This document shows, piece by piece, positions 42,893 through 53,965 of a stretch of 64,000 nt of DNA. The translations under genes were made by a program, and so were the position numbers. This stretch comes from Trichormus sp. ATA11-4-KO1. Its GTDB lineage: Bacteria > Cyanobacteriota > Cyanobacteriia > Cyanobacteriales > Nostocaceae. The number at the start of each line of letters is the position of its first letter. The first letter of the stretch is position 1. The stretch is from assembly GCA_019358915.1 (NCBI GenBank), contig JAHHIM010000007.1, positions 48,303 through 112,302 of the forward strand, in the 5' to 3' direction. The notes beneath the pieces are model-generated. The model was not told where the DNA came from. It did not search any database and worked only from the letters and a program-made list of their open reading frames with translations.

Positions 42893-43570
42893 TTGCTGAA
42901 TACACTACTGATTACTGGAACTGACACAGAGGCTGGTAAAACTGTTTTAACAACAGCCTTGGCAGCCTATTGTCAAAAATATTACCCGCAGCGTAGCTGG
43001 GGAATTATCAAACCGATTCAATCGGGGATTGGCGATCGCGAATTATATCAAAAGTTATTTTCTTTACAGCAATCTGCGGAAGAAATTACACCTTTGTATT
43101 TTCAAGCACCTCTAGCCCCTCCCATCGCCGCCGCTAGAGAAAATCGCTACGTAGATTTAGCAGTGGTGTGGCAAACTTTATCTAAACTGCGATCGCAGCG
43201 TGATATCGTTTTGGTAGAAGCTTTGGGAGGTTTAGGTTCCCCAGTCACAGAGGAATTAACAGTAGCCGATTTAGCCGGAGACTGGCATTTACCCACGGTC
43301 TTAGTAGTGCCAGTAAGATTAGGTGCGATCGCTCAAGCTGTGGCTAATGTAGCATTAGCTAGGCAAGCAAAAGTACATCTCAAAGGTATAGTTCTCAACT
43401 GCGTACAACCCCTTACAGATGCCGAAATAGCCGACTGGACACCATCAAACTTGATACAATCACTGACCAATACACCAGTTTTAGGTTGCTTACCTTATCT
43501 AGATAATCTAGAAGATTTAGATAAACTTGCTCAAATAGCTTCAAATCTTGATTGGGAAACATTAAGCTGA
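42893..43570 (+). CDS. bioD: Dethiobiotin synthase
   Basis: ITGTDTEAGKT, KPIQSG and VEALGG. Confidence 0.93.
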   Translation: MLNTLLITGTDTEAGKTVLTTALAAYCQKYYPQRSWGIIKPIQSGIGDRELYQKLFSLQQSAEEITPLYFQAPLAPPIAAARENRYVDLAVVWQTLSKLRSQRDIVLVEALGGLGSPVTEELTVADLAGDWHLPTVLVVPVRLGAIAQAVANVALARQAKVHLKGIVLNCVQPLTDAEIADWTPSNLIQSLTNTPVLGCLPYLDNLEDLDKLAQIASNLDWETLS

Positions 43571-43670
43571 TTTCTCAATGCCCATGAAATATAAAAGCTG
43601 AACACTTTCAGAAAGATTACACTGGGAAAATACCCCAGTTAATTGTACTGAAAACTAGCTCGTCTTTATA

Positions 43671-44888
43671 ATGGTTTCCACTTTTCCCAACCCTTCTTCT
43701 GTCGATCTATCTCGCGTTCGACTCTCCATCCGCTCATTGCAACCGCAATTGATAGAGTGGCGACGGCGATTGCATCAACAACCAGAATTGGGGTTTAAAG
43801 AAAAACTCACAGCTGAGTTTGTCTCACACAAGTTGCAAGAATGGGGAATTGAACATCAAACTGGTATAGCCCAAACCGGCATTGTGGCCGCCATCAAGGG
43901 AAACAAACCCGGTGCTGAAAATGTATTGGCGATTCGAGCAGATATGGATGCTTTGCCAATACAAGAACTCAATGAGGTTCCCTATAAATCGCAACACGAT
44001 GGAATAATGCACGCTTGTGGACATGACGGACATACTGCGATCGCTCTAGGTACAGCTTACTATCTTCACCAGCATCGCCACGACTTTGGCGGCACAGTAA
44101 AAATAATTTTCCAGCCAGCAGAAGAAGGGCCAGGAGGCGCAAAACCAATGATTGAAGCCGGGGTACTGAAAAACCCTGATGTGGATGCAATTATTGGTTT
44201 ACACCTGTGGAATAATTTACCCTTGGGTACATTAGGCGTGCGTGCGGGGGCGTTAATGGCATCTGTCGAGTGCTTTAAATGCACCATTTTAGGTAAAGGT
44301 GGACACGGTGCTATGCCCCATCAAACTGTTGATTCTATTGTGGTTGCTGCCCAAGTTGTGAATGCCCTACAAACCATTGTGGCGCGTAATGTCAACCCCC
44401 TGGATTCAGCAGTAGTGACAGTTGGCAAACTTCATGCAGGCACAAAGCTAAATATAATTGCTGATACAGCTAAAATGAGTGGTACTATTAGGTATTTCAA
44501 CCCTGATTTTCAAAAATTTTTCAACCAGCGAGTCGAACAAATCATTGCCGGAGTTTGCCAAAGTCATGGTGCAAACTATGATTTGGACTACTGGAGTCTT
44601 TACCCACCAGTAATTAATGATATTGGTATAGCAGAACTAGTGAAGTCAGTTGCAGAAGAAGTGATAGAAACCCCTATAGGTGTCGTGCCAGAATGCCAAA
44701 CTATGGGTGGTGAGGATATGTCATTTTTCTTACAAGAAGTTCCTGGTTGTTATTTCTTTCTCGGATCTGCCAACCCTGCCAAAGATTTAGCCTATCCCCA
44801 TCATCATCCCCGATTTGATTTTGATGAAACGGCCTTGGCAATGGGTGTAGAAATATTTGTTCGTTGCGTGGAGAAGTTTTTGAATTGA
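43671..44888 (+). CDS. M20D-family amidohydrolase
   Basis: RADMDALP, MHACGHDGH, FQPAEE, GGEDM and HHHPRFD. Confidence 0.92.
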   Translation: MVSTFPNPSSVDLSRVRLSIRSLQPQLIEWRRRLHQQPELGFKEKLTAEFVSHKLQEWGIEHQTGIAQTGIVAAIKGNKPGAENVLAIRADMDALPIQELNEVPYKSQHDGIMHACGHDGHTAIALGTAYYLHQHRHDFGGTVKIIFQPAEEGPGGAKPMIEAGVLKNPDVDAIIGLHLWNNLPLGTLGVRAGALMASVECFKCTILGKGGHGAMPHQTVDSIVVAAQVVNALQTIVARNVNPLDSAVVTVGKLHAGTKLNIIADTAKMSGTIRYFNPDFQKFFNQRVEQIIAGVCQSHGANYDLDYWSLYPPVINDIGIAELVKSVAEEVIETPIGVVPECQTMGGEDMSFFLQEVPGCYFFLGSANPAKDLAYPHHHPRFDFDETALAMGVEIFVRCVEKFLN

Positions 44889-47044
44889 CCTTCTCTAAAC
44901 TCGCACCATTCATCCAAGAATATATTTATCATCACAACTGGACTGAATTAAGACCAGCGCAATTAGCAGCTTGTCAAGTAATATTTGACACTGATGCTCA
45001 CTTGCTTGTGGCTGCGACGACTGCTGCTGGAAAAACAGAAGCAGCATTTTTACCAGTTTTGACTTTATTACATGAAAAACCCGCTAATACTATTGGTGCA
45101 TTATATATTAGCCCCATCAAAGCCTTAATTAATGACCAATTTGAGCGTCTCAATGACTTATTGAAATCGGCAGATATCCCTGTATATCACTGGCACGGTG
45201 ATGTAGCGCAAAGTCGGAAAAACAAACTGTTAAAAAATCCCCAAGGCATTCTCCAAATTACGCCAGAATCTTTAGAAAGCTTGTTAATTAACAAGCATAA
45301 TGATTTGAGGCGCTTATTCGGTGATTTACGATTTGTCATCATCGATGAAATTCACGCCTTTATGGGTTCTGAACGCGGTTGCCAGATTATTTGTCAATTG
45401 CAGCGTTTAGCTAACTTGATACAAACCCAACCCCGCCGCATTGGTTTATCAGCAACCTTGGGTGATTATTCCATGGCTGAAGAGTGGTTGCGTTCTGGAA
45501 CTGACAAGCCAGTGATTACTCCCAATATCACAGCCGGAAAACGGCAAATTAAGCTGGCGGTAGAACACTTTTACATTGACAATGAAGTTGACGAATTAGA
45601 GGCGACTTATGAGAAATATGTTTTTAACCTCAGCAAATCTCGTAAATGCCTAATTTTTGCCAATAATCGCACGCAAACTGAATCAGTAATTGCATCTTTG
45701 CGACGAATTGCCACAGAACAAGCACTTCCAGACATATATCACGTACATCATGGCAGTATATCTGCTAGCTTACGACAAGCTGCGGAAGATGCCATGCGTG
45801 AACCCAATAATCCCGCAGTTACAGCCGCCACATTAACTTTGGAATTAGGTATAGATATTGGTCATTTAGAGCGAGTGATTCAGTTAGAATCACCTCTTTC
45901 TGTAGCCAGTTTTTTACAACGTTTAGGACGCAGTGGTAGGAGAGGAGAAGCTGCTGATATGCGCTTTGTCTGTGCCGAAAATCAACCATTAGCTGAAGCA
46001 CCGCTACCAGAACAAATTCCTTGGCAACTTTTACAGTGCATTGCCATTATTCAACTTTATCTAGAAGAAAGCTGGATTGAACCGATAAAACCTGTTCAAT
46101 ATCCTTTGAGTTTGTTGTATCATCAAACTATGAGTATTTTAGCAGCCACGGGAGAAATTACACCGACTGCTTTAGCTAAACAGATTTTCAACCTACCACC
46201 ATTTGCGGCTATTTCTCCAGAAGAATTTAAATTATTATTACGCTATTTAATTAATATAGATCATATACAGCAAACTGAACAAGGTAAATTAATCATTGGC
46301 TTGGCAGGAGAAAAGATAGTCGGGAAATTTCAGTTTTATGCTGTTTTTGCTGATAATCAAGAATATATAGTAAAGCAAGGTTCAACAGACATTGGTAGTA
46401 TTGCCATGCCACCGCCTGTGGGTAATCAATTCGCCTTAGCAGGAAGAACCTGGGAAGTTATAGAAGTTGACTTTAAGAAAAAGATAATTTTAGTCAAGCA
46501 AGTAGCAGGTAAAGCTACTATTTATTGGCGTGGTGGTAGCGGTTGTATTCATACAAGAGTTTTGCAAAAAATGCGGCAGGTATTAATAGAAGATGTAGAA
46601 TATAGCTACTTGCAAAATAATGCCTATAAGCGGTTACAAAAAGTTCGCCAAATAGTACAAAAGGCTGGATTAGATAAACATAATATTTTGCAATTAGAAA
46701 AAGGTAAATGTTGTATCTTTCCTTGGATGGGTACAGTTGCCTACCGGACTTTAGAAAGATTGCTTAATTCTTTTTGTAGAGAATCATTAGAAATTAATAG
46801 TATTGGCGGAGTAAATCCTTATTATTTGACAATTAAACTAGGTAAAGATAAATTCAAAGACCTACAAAAAGAACTTATTTCATTGTGTGAACAAAGAATT
46901 ACAGCAGAAGATTTAGTCAGTTCTGCAGAAGCCCCAGAACTGCAAAAGTATGATCAATTTATCCCACACTCTCTTTTAAGCAAAGCTTTTGCTAGAAATT
47001 ACTTAGATATTGTTGAACTTAAGCAGCAAATTTTACGTTGGTAA
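44885..47044 (+). CDS. Lhr-like DEAD/DEAH-box helicase
   Basis: AAGKTEAA, PIKALINDQ, TPESLE, DEIH, SAT, TLELGID and QRLGRSGR; TTG start overlaps the upstream TGA (start uncertain). Confidence 0.88.
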   Translation: MTFSKLAPFIQEYIYHHNWTELRPAQLAACQVIFDTDAHLLVAATTAAGKTEAAFLPVLTLLHEKPANTIGALYISPIKALINDQFERLNDLLKSADIPVYHWHGDVAQSRKNKLLKNPQGILQITPESLESLLINKHNDLRRLFGDLRFVIIDEIHAFMGSERGCQIICQLQRLANLIQTQPRRIGLSATLGDYSMAEEWLRSGTDKPVITPNITAGKRQIKLAVEHFYIDNEVDELEATYEKYVFNLSKSRKCLIFANNRTQTESVIASLRRIATEQALPDIYHVHHGSISASLRQAAEDAMREPNNPAVTAATLTLELGIDIGHLERVIQLESPLSVASFLQRLGRSGRRGEAADMRFVCAENQPLAEAPLPEQIPWQLLQCIAIIQLYLEESWIEPIKPVQYPLSLLYHQTMSILAATGEITPTALAKQIFNLPPFAAISPEEFKLLLRYLINIDHIQQTEQGKLIIGLAGEKIVGKFQFYAVFADNQEYIVKQGSTDIGSIAMPPPVGNQFALAGRTWEVIEVDFKKKIILVKQVAGKATIYWRGGSGCIHTRVLQKMRQVLIEDVEYSYLQNNAYKRLQKVRQIVQKAGLDKHNILQLEKGKCCIFPWMGTVAYRTLERLLNSFCRESLEINSIGGVNPYYLTIKLGKDKFKDLQKELISLCEQRITAEDLVSSAEAPELQKYDQFIPHSLLSKAFARNYLDIVELKQQILRW

Positions 47045-47056
47045 GTAATTAAAATC

Positions 47057-47638
47057 ATGTCTATTGCTCCTTGGCGAAGCGCGATCGCCCGTGCCCTTCA
47101 TCGTAACCGTAGCCTTGTTTACGCCCGTTACCTACAGCTAGCAACAGTCAAGGAAAACGGTCGTCCGGCCAATCGAACTGTAGTTTTTCGCGGCTTTTTA
47201 GAAGAGACCAACCAGCTAAAATTTATTACAGATAGTCGTAGTGAAAAAGTTTACCAAATACAACAGCAACCTTGGGCAGAGATTTGCTGGTACTTCCCCA
47301 ACACACGAGAACAATTTCGTATCTCTGGCTGCTTAACTTTAGTAGAAGGAGATAATTCTCATCCTACCCTACAGCCAGACCGCATCACCACCTGGCAAGA
47401 ACTCAGCGATGCAGCGCGTTTACAGTTTGCCTGGCCGCATCCTGGTAAACCCAGAGTAGATGAATCAGCAGCCTTCGAGCCACCACCACCAAATCCCACA
47501 CAGCCAGTGCCGAATTTTTGTTTATTGCTGCTCGATCCCGTACAGGTAGACCACTTAGAATTGCGTGGTGAACCACAAAACCGCAGAATTTACAGCCGGG
47601 ATGAGCAGCAATGGTCTATTCAAGAAATTAATCCATGA
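47057..47638 (+). CDS. FMN-binding pyridoxamine-phosphate-oxidase-like flavoprotein
   Basis: YLQLATV...PANRTVVFRGF, TDSRSEK, CWYFP.TREQFR and VDHLEL. Confidence 0.85.
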   Translation: MSIAPWRSAIARALHRNRSLVYARYLQLATVKENGRPANRTVVFRGFLEETNQLKFITDSRSEKVYQIQQQPWAEICWYFPNTREQFRISGCLTLVEGDNSHPTLQPDRITTWQELSDAARLQFAWPHPGKPRVDESAAFEPPPPNPTQPVPNFCLLLLDPVQVDHLELRGEPQNRRIYSRDEQQWSIQEINP

Positions 47639-47767
47639 CAAGGGGATGAGGGGGACGAGGAAGAATAATAGTTTGTTTGCTTCCCCTGCTCCCTCATCTC
47701 CTCATCTCTCTTACTTAGCACTCAGCACTCCCCTTCGACTTCGCTCAGGGCTAGCGCACTCAGCACT

Positions 47768-48532
47768 CTAAATCCCTGCACCATCAAGAAATTGCTGAAT
47801 TGCCTTATCTCTGAGGTTACACAAGGGGGCATCTTGTGGTAGACCATCTTCGTCAGAGACTAAAGATACTGCCAAAACATGAGTTTTGCCAGAAGAGCGA
47901 TCGCGTTGTAAATTTTGTATTTGTTGTTCCAGGGATTCAATACGATTAACTAAGGCGCGAATTACTTCAGCTTCCGAATCTGGTAAGTTGCTGTGTTCTA
48001 GGGGCGCAACTCGTACTCCAGAACGATAGACAATCCGACCGGGTACGCCTACTACTGTGCAATCAGAAGGCACATCTCTGAGAACAACTGATCCAGCACC
48101 AATGCGGACATTATTGCCGATTTGGATATTGCCTAGCACCTTAGCACCGGCTCCAACTACGACATTTTCTCCCACAGTGGGATGGCGCTTGCCGGTTTGT
48201 TTACCAGTACCACCCAGGGTGACACCTTGATAAATCAGAGCATAGTCACCCACGATCGCAGTTTCACCAATGACCACACCCATACCGTGGTCAATAAACA
48301 CACCATGTCCAATTGTTGCACCTGGGTGGATTTCGATTCCTGTCAAAAACCTAGCTGTGTGAGAAATCAGGCGGGGTAAAAAGGGAAGACCAAGATGATG
48401 CAGCCAGTGCGCCAGCCGATGAAATAATAGGGCTTGCAAACCGGGGTAACAAAACAAGACCTCCAACCAATTACGGGCAGCCGGGTCACGTTCAAATATG
48501 ATACGAAAGTCAGCACGCAGTGTAGATAGCAC
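47768..48532 (-). CDS. cysE: Serine O-acetyltransferase
   Basis: [28 protein letters not shown] and KRHPT; GTG start at 48532. Confidence 0.96.
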   Translation of the reverse strand: MLSTLRADFRIIFERDPAARNWLEVLFCYPGLQALLFHRLAHWLHHLGLPFLPRLISHTARFLTGIEIHPGATIGHGVFIDHGMGVVIGETAIVGDYALIYQGVTLGGTGKQTGKRHPTVGENVVVGAGAKVLGNIQIGNNVRIGAGSVVLRDVPSDCTVVGVPGRIVYRSGVRVAPLEHSNLPDSEAEVIRALVNRIESLEQQIQNLQRDRSSGKTHVLAVSLVSDEDGLPQDAPLCNLRDKAIQQFLDGAGI

Positions 48533-48871
48533 GAGATAGTACCCTCGGAAAGCAAAACGAGCTACTATCCTATAATATCGTCCCAAGTGTGATCTCTAAA
48601 CCTGGGGGAGTGGGCAGGGCTGTTTCATTCGCTTGTGTTGGAGATTTTGTCAAGAGGATAATCTCACGCAAAGGCGCAAAGACGCAAAGAAAAATCAGGT
48701 ATTTCGGACTGAAGATGCCAAAATTTTCGGTCTTAATTGTGGATTTGCCCTTGCAATTTTAACCCTTTTAGGGAACGAATCAGCCCTGGGGGAGTGGGGA
48801 GATGGGGGGATAGGAGGATGGGGGGAAGGACTTAATATTAGTAATCTCTCTTTGTTCCCTGAGCCTCTAGT

Positions 48872-49363
48872 TTATTTTTGCTGCACCGTCAGAGTATAGT
48901 TACGCCTAACCCCAGGATTAAAAGTACCCACCCAAATCCTATAAGTACCACTTTTCAAGTTTTTGTCGGCAACGCTGGCATCTTTACTTGTTCCAGTGTC
49001 ATCACCACAACGAATTGTTTTGTCGTCTGGGCCTTGAATAAGTAAGGTGGTGTCATGTCCACCACTGTTGACTAGTATTTTGAGGGTCTCAAAGTCTTTT
49101 TCTAAAACTAAAATGTGATCTGGTTGGGGATCTGCAAATCCAACACAGGGATGACGATCGCGATCGCGTTTGCTAATGTCAGACAGAGAGTAAGAACCAC
49201 CTGTGTAACCAGTAACTGTTCCTTGCGCTGAATCGAAACCTGGTGACAGGCTTAATGTACCAAAATGTGATGTTTCTGCTATGGCAGGTGTAGCAGTAAT
49301 AGCGGTAATTATAGCCAAAAGCCAACCGCCTCGAAAATGATGCCGGGGGCGACGGTATTTCAT
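48872..49363 (-). CDS. Secreted hypothetical protein (PPC-like beta domain)
   Basis: Signal peptide, CVGFA..PDHIL, DTTLLI.GPD, CGDD and GTYRIWVG. Confidence 0.75.
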   Translation of the reverse strand: MKYRRPRHHFRGGWLLAIITAITATPAIAETSHFGTLSLSPGFDSAQGTVTGYTGGSYSLSDISKRDRDRHPCVGFADPQPDHILVLEKDFETLKILVNSGGHDTTLLIQGPDDKTIRCGDDTGTSKDASVADKNLKSGTYRIWVGTFNPGVRRNYTLTVQQK

Positions 49364-49524
49364 AAAGTAGCCCTCCAACAGGCTTTTATTTTGATGATAT
49401 ATACAACATATTTTAATTAAACAATTCCAGATAAATTTTTGATTTTGCCACAATTTACATAATTGGTCAGTAGAGGTAAAAGACAAAATGAAATTTTGCC
49501 TTTTCACACTCTACGAAAATTTAA

Positions 49525-51183
49525 TTATTGATTGAATCGGAATAATACACCACCTTTGAGTGATCCTGTCTCACTACCGTAACTACTAAGAGTGAGCGAT
49601 CGCAGGTTGTTAAAAAACGGTTTACCTACTACTTCTACTAACTTTAAAATCGGTAATTGACGCTCTAACAAACTTTGGCTTTTTGTCCAATCAAGATAAA
49701 TATAACCTTGATTGGGTTGGGGAAGACCAGCGATACTATCTTGGAAACTGCGATCATCAATTAAGGAATTTTTCTTGGCTGTGATTACTTCGTTCAAAGT
49801 TTCCAAATTAGCTGCAAAAATTTCGTAATTTCCTAGGGTTGTGTGTACTCCCTGTACTTTGGCCTCAATGACGAATGATGGGCGTTCTTTGGTATCGGTT
49901 TGTTTAGTTGCGGCTGCTAACTCTGTCCAGGCGGTGATTTTTTGTTGTCCTAAACTGAGAGAACTAGTGTTAAGTCCATTTGCTGAGGCGATCGCATCTA
50001 AGCGAGAAATTCCTGCTGGTACATCCTCTAATCTTTCTACAACAAAAATCCAATCGGGAATGGTTTGCCCTTCATGAGGTAACAACGCTAGGGCATATTC
50101 TCCTTTTACCCAGCTAAAGATATCTTCTGCCAAGTTAATACTCTTAGTTTTTTCAACCTCTGCTAATGGTTGTATCAATCTAGAAATTATGTCTGTGCCA
50201 GAACCAGATATAGCTGTTTTCGCTTGCGTCCAGAGTTTAGCTAAATCACTATTACCCAAGTTATGCAAATGAGAACTGGAAATTACCAAACCTGCGACAT
50301 CTGGTATATATTCTAACGCTCCTACAGGTTTAGACAGTGGTGAGGATGGGGGAAAAATTTCCGAGTCAGTCAGAAATTCAGTTTCTGCCAGCAGTCCCTT
50401 GGGGTTTAATAATAGAGAAATAATTTGACTATCGTAGGTTATTTCTGGTAGTTCTAAACCTTGCCATTTCGCCACCATAGGAAGATTGAGAAAAGCTGTA
50501 GCAAATATCCCTTGGGAAAGTTGTTGAGTAGCTTTTTGGTATTTGGGGAAACTGGTCAAATTTAGATCAGGAGCTTGGACATTATTAATTGCATCTCGCA
50601 GCACTTTAGGATCATTAGCAAACAACACAAAACCATCGACAACTGCACCAGCCAGGAAATCTTGCTCTGGTTGGGAATTGGCATATATTAGCTTTGCGCC
50701 TTCATATTGTTCTACAGCTAAGTTTGCTCCAGCCAACACCCGCTTAGAAAACAACAAATCTAAAAACTCGCGGCTTTTCTCTGGTTCATCAGTTGCTAAT
50801 GCCATGAGATACCCTGGCTGCTGTCCGTTTTCCGTGTCGCGGTCAATGTCTAAAGTCGTGACAGACAACGTAATTTCATTTCCTAACCAGGGTTGAATAT
50901 CTTGTTGGTAATCTATACCACTCTTAGCCAATAAACTGGTTTTGAGTTTAGATAATTCTCCTTCATGCTCCAAAGTCTGCAAACGATCCGGATTTGTTAG
51001 TAAAGATACCATTACCGGGGCAAGTTTCGACACGAATATGGCAGCACCAGGCTGGGAGGTGGAGGCTATTTTAACCGGAGTTTTAGTGAAAAACCAGTAA
51101 AAACCTGCGATCGCAATTATCAGCGCGATCGCACCAGCTACTAAAAAACCGACGAATGAGCGTTGGTTATTCACATTAGACAT
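49525..51183 (-). CDS. DUF3352-type membrane-anchored protein
   Basis: N-terminal TM, DYQQDIQPWLGNEI and DIFSWVKGEYALA internal repeats. Confidence 0.78.
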   Translation of the reverse strand: MSNVNNQRSFVGFLVAGAIALIIAIAGFYWFFTKTPVKIASTSQPGAAIFVSKLAPVMVSLLTNPDRLQTLEHEGELSKLKTSLLAKSGIDYQQDIQPWLGNEITLSVTTLDIDRDTENGQQPGYLMALATDEPEKSREFLDLLFSKRVLAGANLAVEQYEGAKLIYANSQPEQDFLAGAVVDGFVLFANDPKVLRDAINNVQAPDLNLTSFPKYQKATQQLSQGIFATAFLNLPMVAKWQGLELPEITYDSQIISLLLNPKGLLAETEFLTDSEIFPPSSPLSKPVGALEYIPDVAGLVISSSHLHNLGNSDLAKLWTQAKTAISGSGTDIISRLIQPLAEVEKTKSINLAEDIFSWVKGEYALALLPHEGQTIPDWIFVVERLEDVPAGISRLDAIASANGLNTSSLSLGQQKITAWTELAAATKQTDTKERPSFVIEAKVQGVHTTLGNYEIFAANLETLNEVITAKKNSLIDDRSFQDSIAGLPQPNQGYIYLDWTKSQSLLERQLPILKLVEVVGKPFFNNLRSLTLSSYGSETGSLKGGVLFRFNQ

Positions 51184-51383
51184 ACTAAACCAGAAGTTTT
51201 ACAGCCATTTAAGCATGGAAAGTGGTTTTTTAAGTGCTGAGTGCGCTAGCCCTGAGCGAAGTCGAAGGGGAGTGCTAAGTAAAGAATCATTTTTTATCCC
51301 CTACTCCCCTAAGAATAGATGCTCATGCTAGAGCCTAAATTTTCTGTCACCATAAGGAATATAAGATTGTTTACAAAAAACTC

Positions 51384-51743
51384 ATGGCAGGGAATCCTTC
51401 TGGTCAACCAATTACTCAGATTAGTGTAGAGGAACTGGCACAACGTCTGTCTTCTAATGATGCAAGTATTCAGTTAGTAGATGTGCGTGAACCCCAAGAA
51501 TTAGCGATCGCTCGCATTGAAGGCTTTGTCAATTTACCTCTGAGCGAATTTGTCGAATGGGGGGATCAAGTACCCACTATCTTCAATCCCCAAGCGGAAA
51601 CTCTTGTGCTATGTCACCACGGCATTCGTTCTGCTCAAATGTGTCAGTGGTTAGTTGCTCAAGGATTTACAAATGTTAAAAATATTGCGGGTGGCATTGA
51701 TGCCTACTCCCTGTTGGTTGACTCTTCAATTCCCCAATATTAG
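51384..51743 (+). CDS. Rhodanese-like sulfurtransferase
   Basis: LVDVREP, LCHHGIRS and GGIDAY. Confidence 0.9.
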   Translation: MAGNPSGQPITQISVEELAQRLSSNDASIQLVDVREPQELAIARIEGFVNLPLSEFVEWGDQVPTIFNPQAETLVLCHHGIRSAQMCQWLVAQGFTNVKNIAGGIDAYSLLVDSSIPQY

Positions 51744-52138
51744 CTCATCATCTCCTGAACCATAACATGACTGAGATGAAACTTACTTTTTCATCTCAGC
51801 AATGCTATTCTTAACACAGCACTATCCAAGTTTAGGTCTAGTACGGAAAAATCCTGTATCTAAGCAGCAGAAGGCAGTTTACTCACTCTGCACATATATG
51901 GAACGTTGCTAAAATTCAGTATCTGAAAATACAGCTTTGATTGCTGAAGACTGCAAAAATACTTAAAAGTACCAAATAATTATACCTAATAACAGCAGCG
52001 TTGTTAGCAACGATTAAACTCTATGAAATAGCAATCTCAGAAATTGGCTGTTAGCAGCTACAGTAAAACTAAATATTTTGCTATCTTAGTTAACTATTAT
52101 TTATCTTTATTTGCTTTCACGCCCTAAATGTTTTCCCA

Positions 52139-52186
52139 GTTTGATTAAAGTTTGCCTTCAGCGTTTGATTAAAGTTTGCCTTCAGC
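52139..52186 (+). repeat. Perfect 24-bp tandem duplication upstream of hrcA
   Basis: (GTTTGATTAAAGTTTGCCTTCAGC)x2. Confidence 0.9.
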
Positions 52187-52198
52187 AAAACATACCCT

Positions 52199-53275
52199 AT
52201 GGAAGTCCAGTTGACAAATCGACAACAGCATATACTTTGGGCAACGGTACGCCATTATATCGCTACAGCAGAGCCTGTTGGTTCAAAAGCTTTGGTCGAG
52301 GAGTACGACCTGGGTGTTAGTTCAGCTACGATTCGGAATGTGATGGGTGTTTTAGAAAAATCTGGTTTACTTTATCAGCCACACACCTCTGCCGGACGAA
52401 TACCTTCTGACTCAGGTTATCGAATTTATGTTGACCAGTTAATTACACCCTCGGAAATTTTAGCGAAAGAGGTAGAACTGGCACTGCAAAAGCGTCTCCA
52501 TTGGGAAGATTGGAGTTTAGAAGCCATACTACAAGGAGCCGCACAGATTTTAGCAACCTTGAGTGGCTGTATTAGCTTGATTACCATGCCGCAGACAAAT
52601 ACAGCCATCTTGCGACATCTGCAATTAGTGCAAATTGAAGCAGGACGAATCATGCTGATTGTGGTGACAGATGCTTATGAAACCCATTCTCGGCTGATGG
52701 ATTTGTCACCAGCCAAAGAAGAAACACAACCCGAACCAGAGGTAATAGATCACGAATTACAGATTGTTTCTAACTTTTTGAACACCCACTTGCGGGGACG
52801 CAGCTTATTGGAATTAGCCACCTTGGACTGGAGTGAATTAGATCAAGAGTTCCAACGCTACGGTGAATTCTTGAAAAGTTCAGTTGCAGAATTAACCCGT
52901 CGCACCCTCGCGCCAACTACGACCCAAATTATGGTTCGGGGTGTAGCAGAAGTTTTGCGTCAGCCTGAATTTTCTCAATTACAGCAAGTGCAGACAATTA
53001 TCCACCTGCTGGAAGAAGAACAAGACCAACTGTGGCGATTAATCTTTGAGGAACCGGAGATGGAAGAAATGGGTAAATCAAAGGTAACAGTTCGGATTGG
53101 TGCAGAAAATCCACTAGAGCCGATACGTACCTGCACCTTGATCACTTCTACCTATCGTCGGGGTTTACTACCAGTAGGAAGTGTGGGAGTTTTAGGTCCG
53201 ACACGCCTAGATTATGAAAGTGCGATCGCAGTTGTAGCGGCTGCGGCTGATTACCTCTCAGAAGCTTTTAGTTAA
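52199..53275 (+). CDS. hrcA: Heat-inducible transcription repressor
   Basis: [28 protein letters not shown] and [10 protein letters not shown]. Confidence 0.96.
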   Translation: MEVQLTNRQQHILWATVRHYIATAEPVGSKALVEEYDLGVSSATIRNVMGVLEKSGLLYQPHTSAGRIPSDSGYRIYVDQLITPSEILAKEVELALQKRLHWEDWSLEAILQGAAQILATLSGCISLITMPQTNTAILRHLQLVQIEAGRIMLIVVTDAYETHSRLMDLSPAKEETQPEPEVIDHELQIVSNFLNTHLRGRSLLELATLDWSELDQEFQRYGEFLKSSVAELTRRTLAPTTTQIMVRGVAEVLRQPEFSQLQQVQTIIHLLEEEQDQLWRLIFEEPEMEEMGKSKVTVRIGAENPLEPIRTCTLITSTYRRGLLPVGSVGVLGPTRLDYESAIAVVAAAADYLSEAFS

Positions 53276-53287
53276 TTTGTGCCAATC

Positions 53288-53965
53288 ATGCTCAGAAAAA
53301 TTGCCTTTGGGGTGCTGTGGCTAGGATTTATTACTTATGCTTTTCTTCTTGCTCCTCCTAATCAACCTGATACATTCGAGTTAATTCAAAACCTTTCTCT
53401 TGGTCAATGGCAAGGCATTAATCCCTTAGTCATCGCATTATTCAACCTCATGGGCATCTGGCCTGTGGTCTACAGCGCTGTGATGTTGATTGATGGTAGA
53501 GATCAAAAAATCCCCGCTTGGCTGTTTGCGATCGCTTCTTTTGCTGTCGGTGCTTTTGCAATTGTGCCCTATTTAGCTCTACGGAAATCAAATCAAGAGT
53601 TTATTGGCAAAAAAAATCTTTTGATCAAGTTACTGGATTCTCGTGTCATTGGTTTTGTTGTGACTATAGCCGCAGTAATTCTAGTTACCTATGGTTTACA
53701 AGGAGATTGGGGAAATTTTGTCCAGCAGTGGCAAACTAACCGCTTTATCCATTTGATGAGCTTAGATTTCTGCCTACTTTGTTTATTATTTCCCACATTG
53801 CTGGGAGATGATATGGCTCGACGGGGTTGGCAAAATGCGCAATTTTTCTGGTTAATAGCTTTAGTTCCACTGTTCGGCCCGTTGATTTATTTATGTGTGC
53901 GTCCACCGCTACCGAAAGTAGATGTAGAAGCAATACCCAGTCAACAACATCCAGCGACTAATTAA
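53288..53965 (+). CDS. Multi-pass membrane protein (DUF2834-like)
   Basis: Hydrophobic helices, PYLALR, MSLDF, DDMARRG and GPLIYL. Confidence 0.75.
   Translation: MLRKIAFGVLWLGFITYAFLLAPPNQPDTFELIQNLSLGQWQGINPLVIALFNLMGIWPVVYSAVMLIDGRDQKIPAWLFAIASFAVGAFAIVPYLALRKSNQEFIGKKNLLIKLLDSRVIGFVVTIAAVILVTYGLQGDWGNFVQQWQTNRFIHLMSLDFCLLCLLFPTLLGDDMARRGWQNAQFFWLIALVPLFGPLIYLCVRPPLPKVDVEAIPSQQHPATN

Noticed and set aside
51745..52198. CIRCE operator upstream of hrcA
   Set aside because: No TTAGCACTC-N9-GAGTGCTAA found. The half-sites at about 47715 and 51270 are parts of CAGCACT heptamer repeats.
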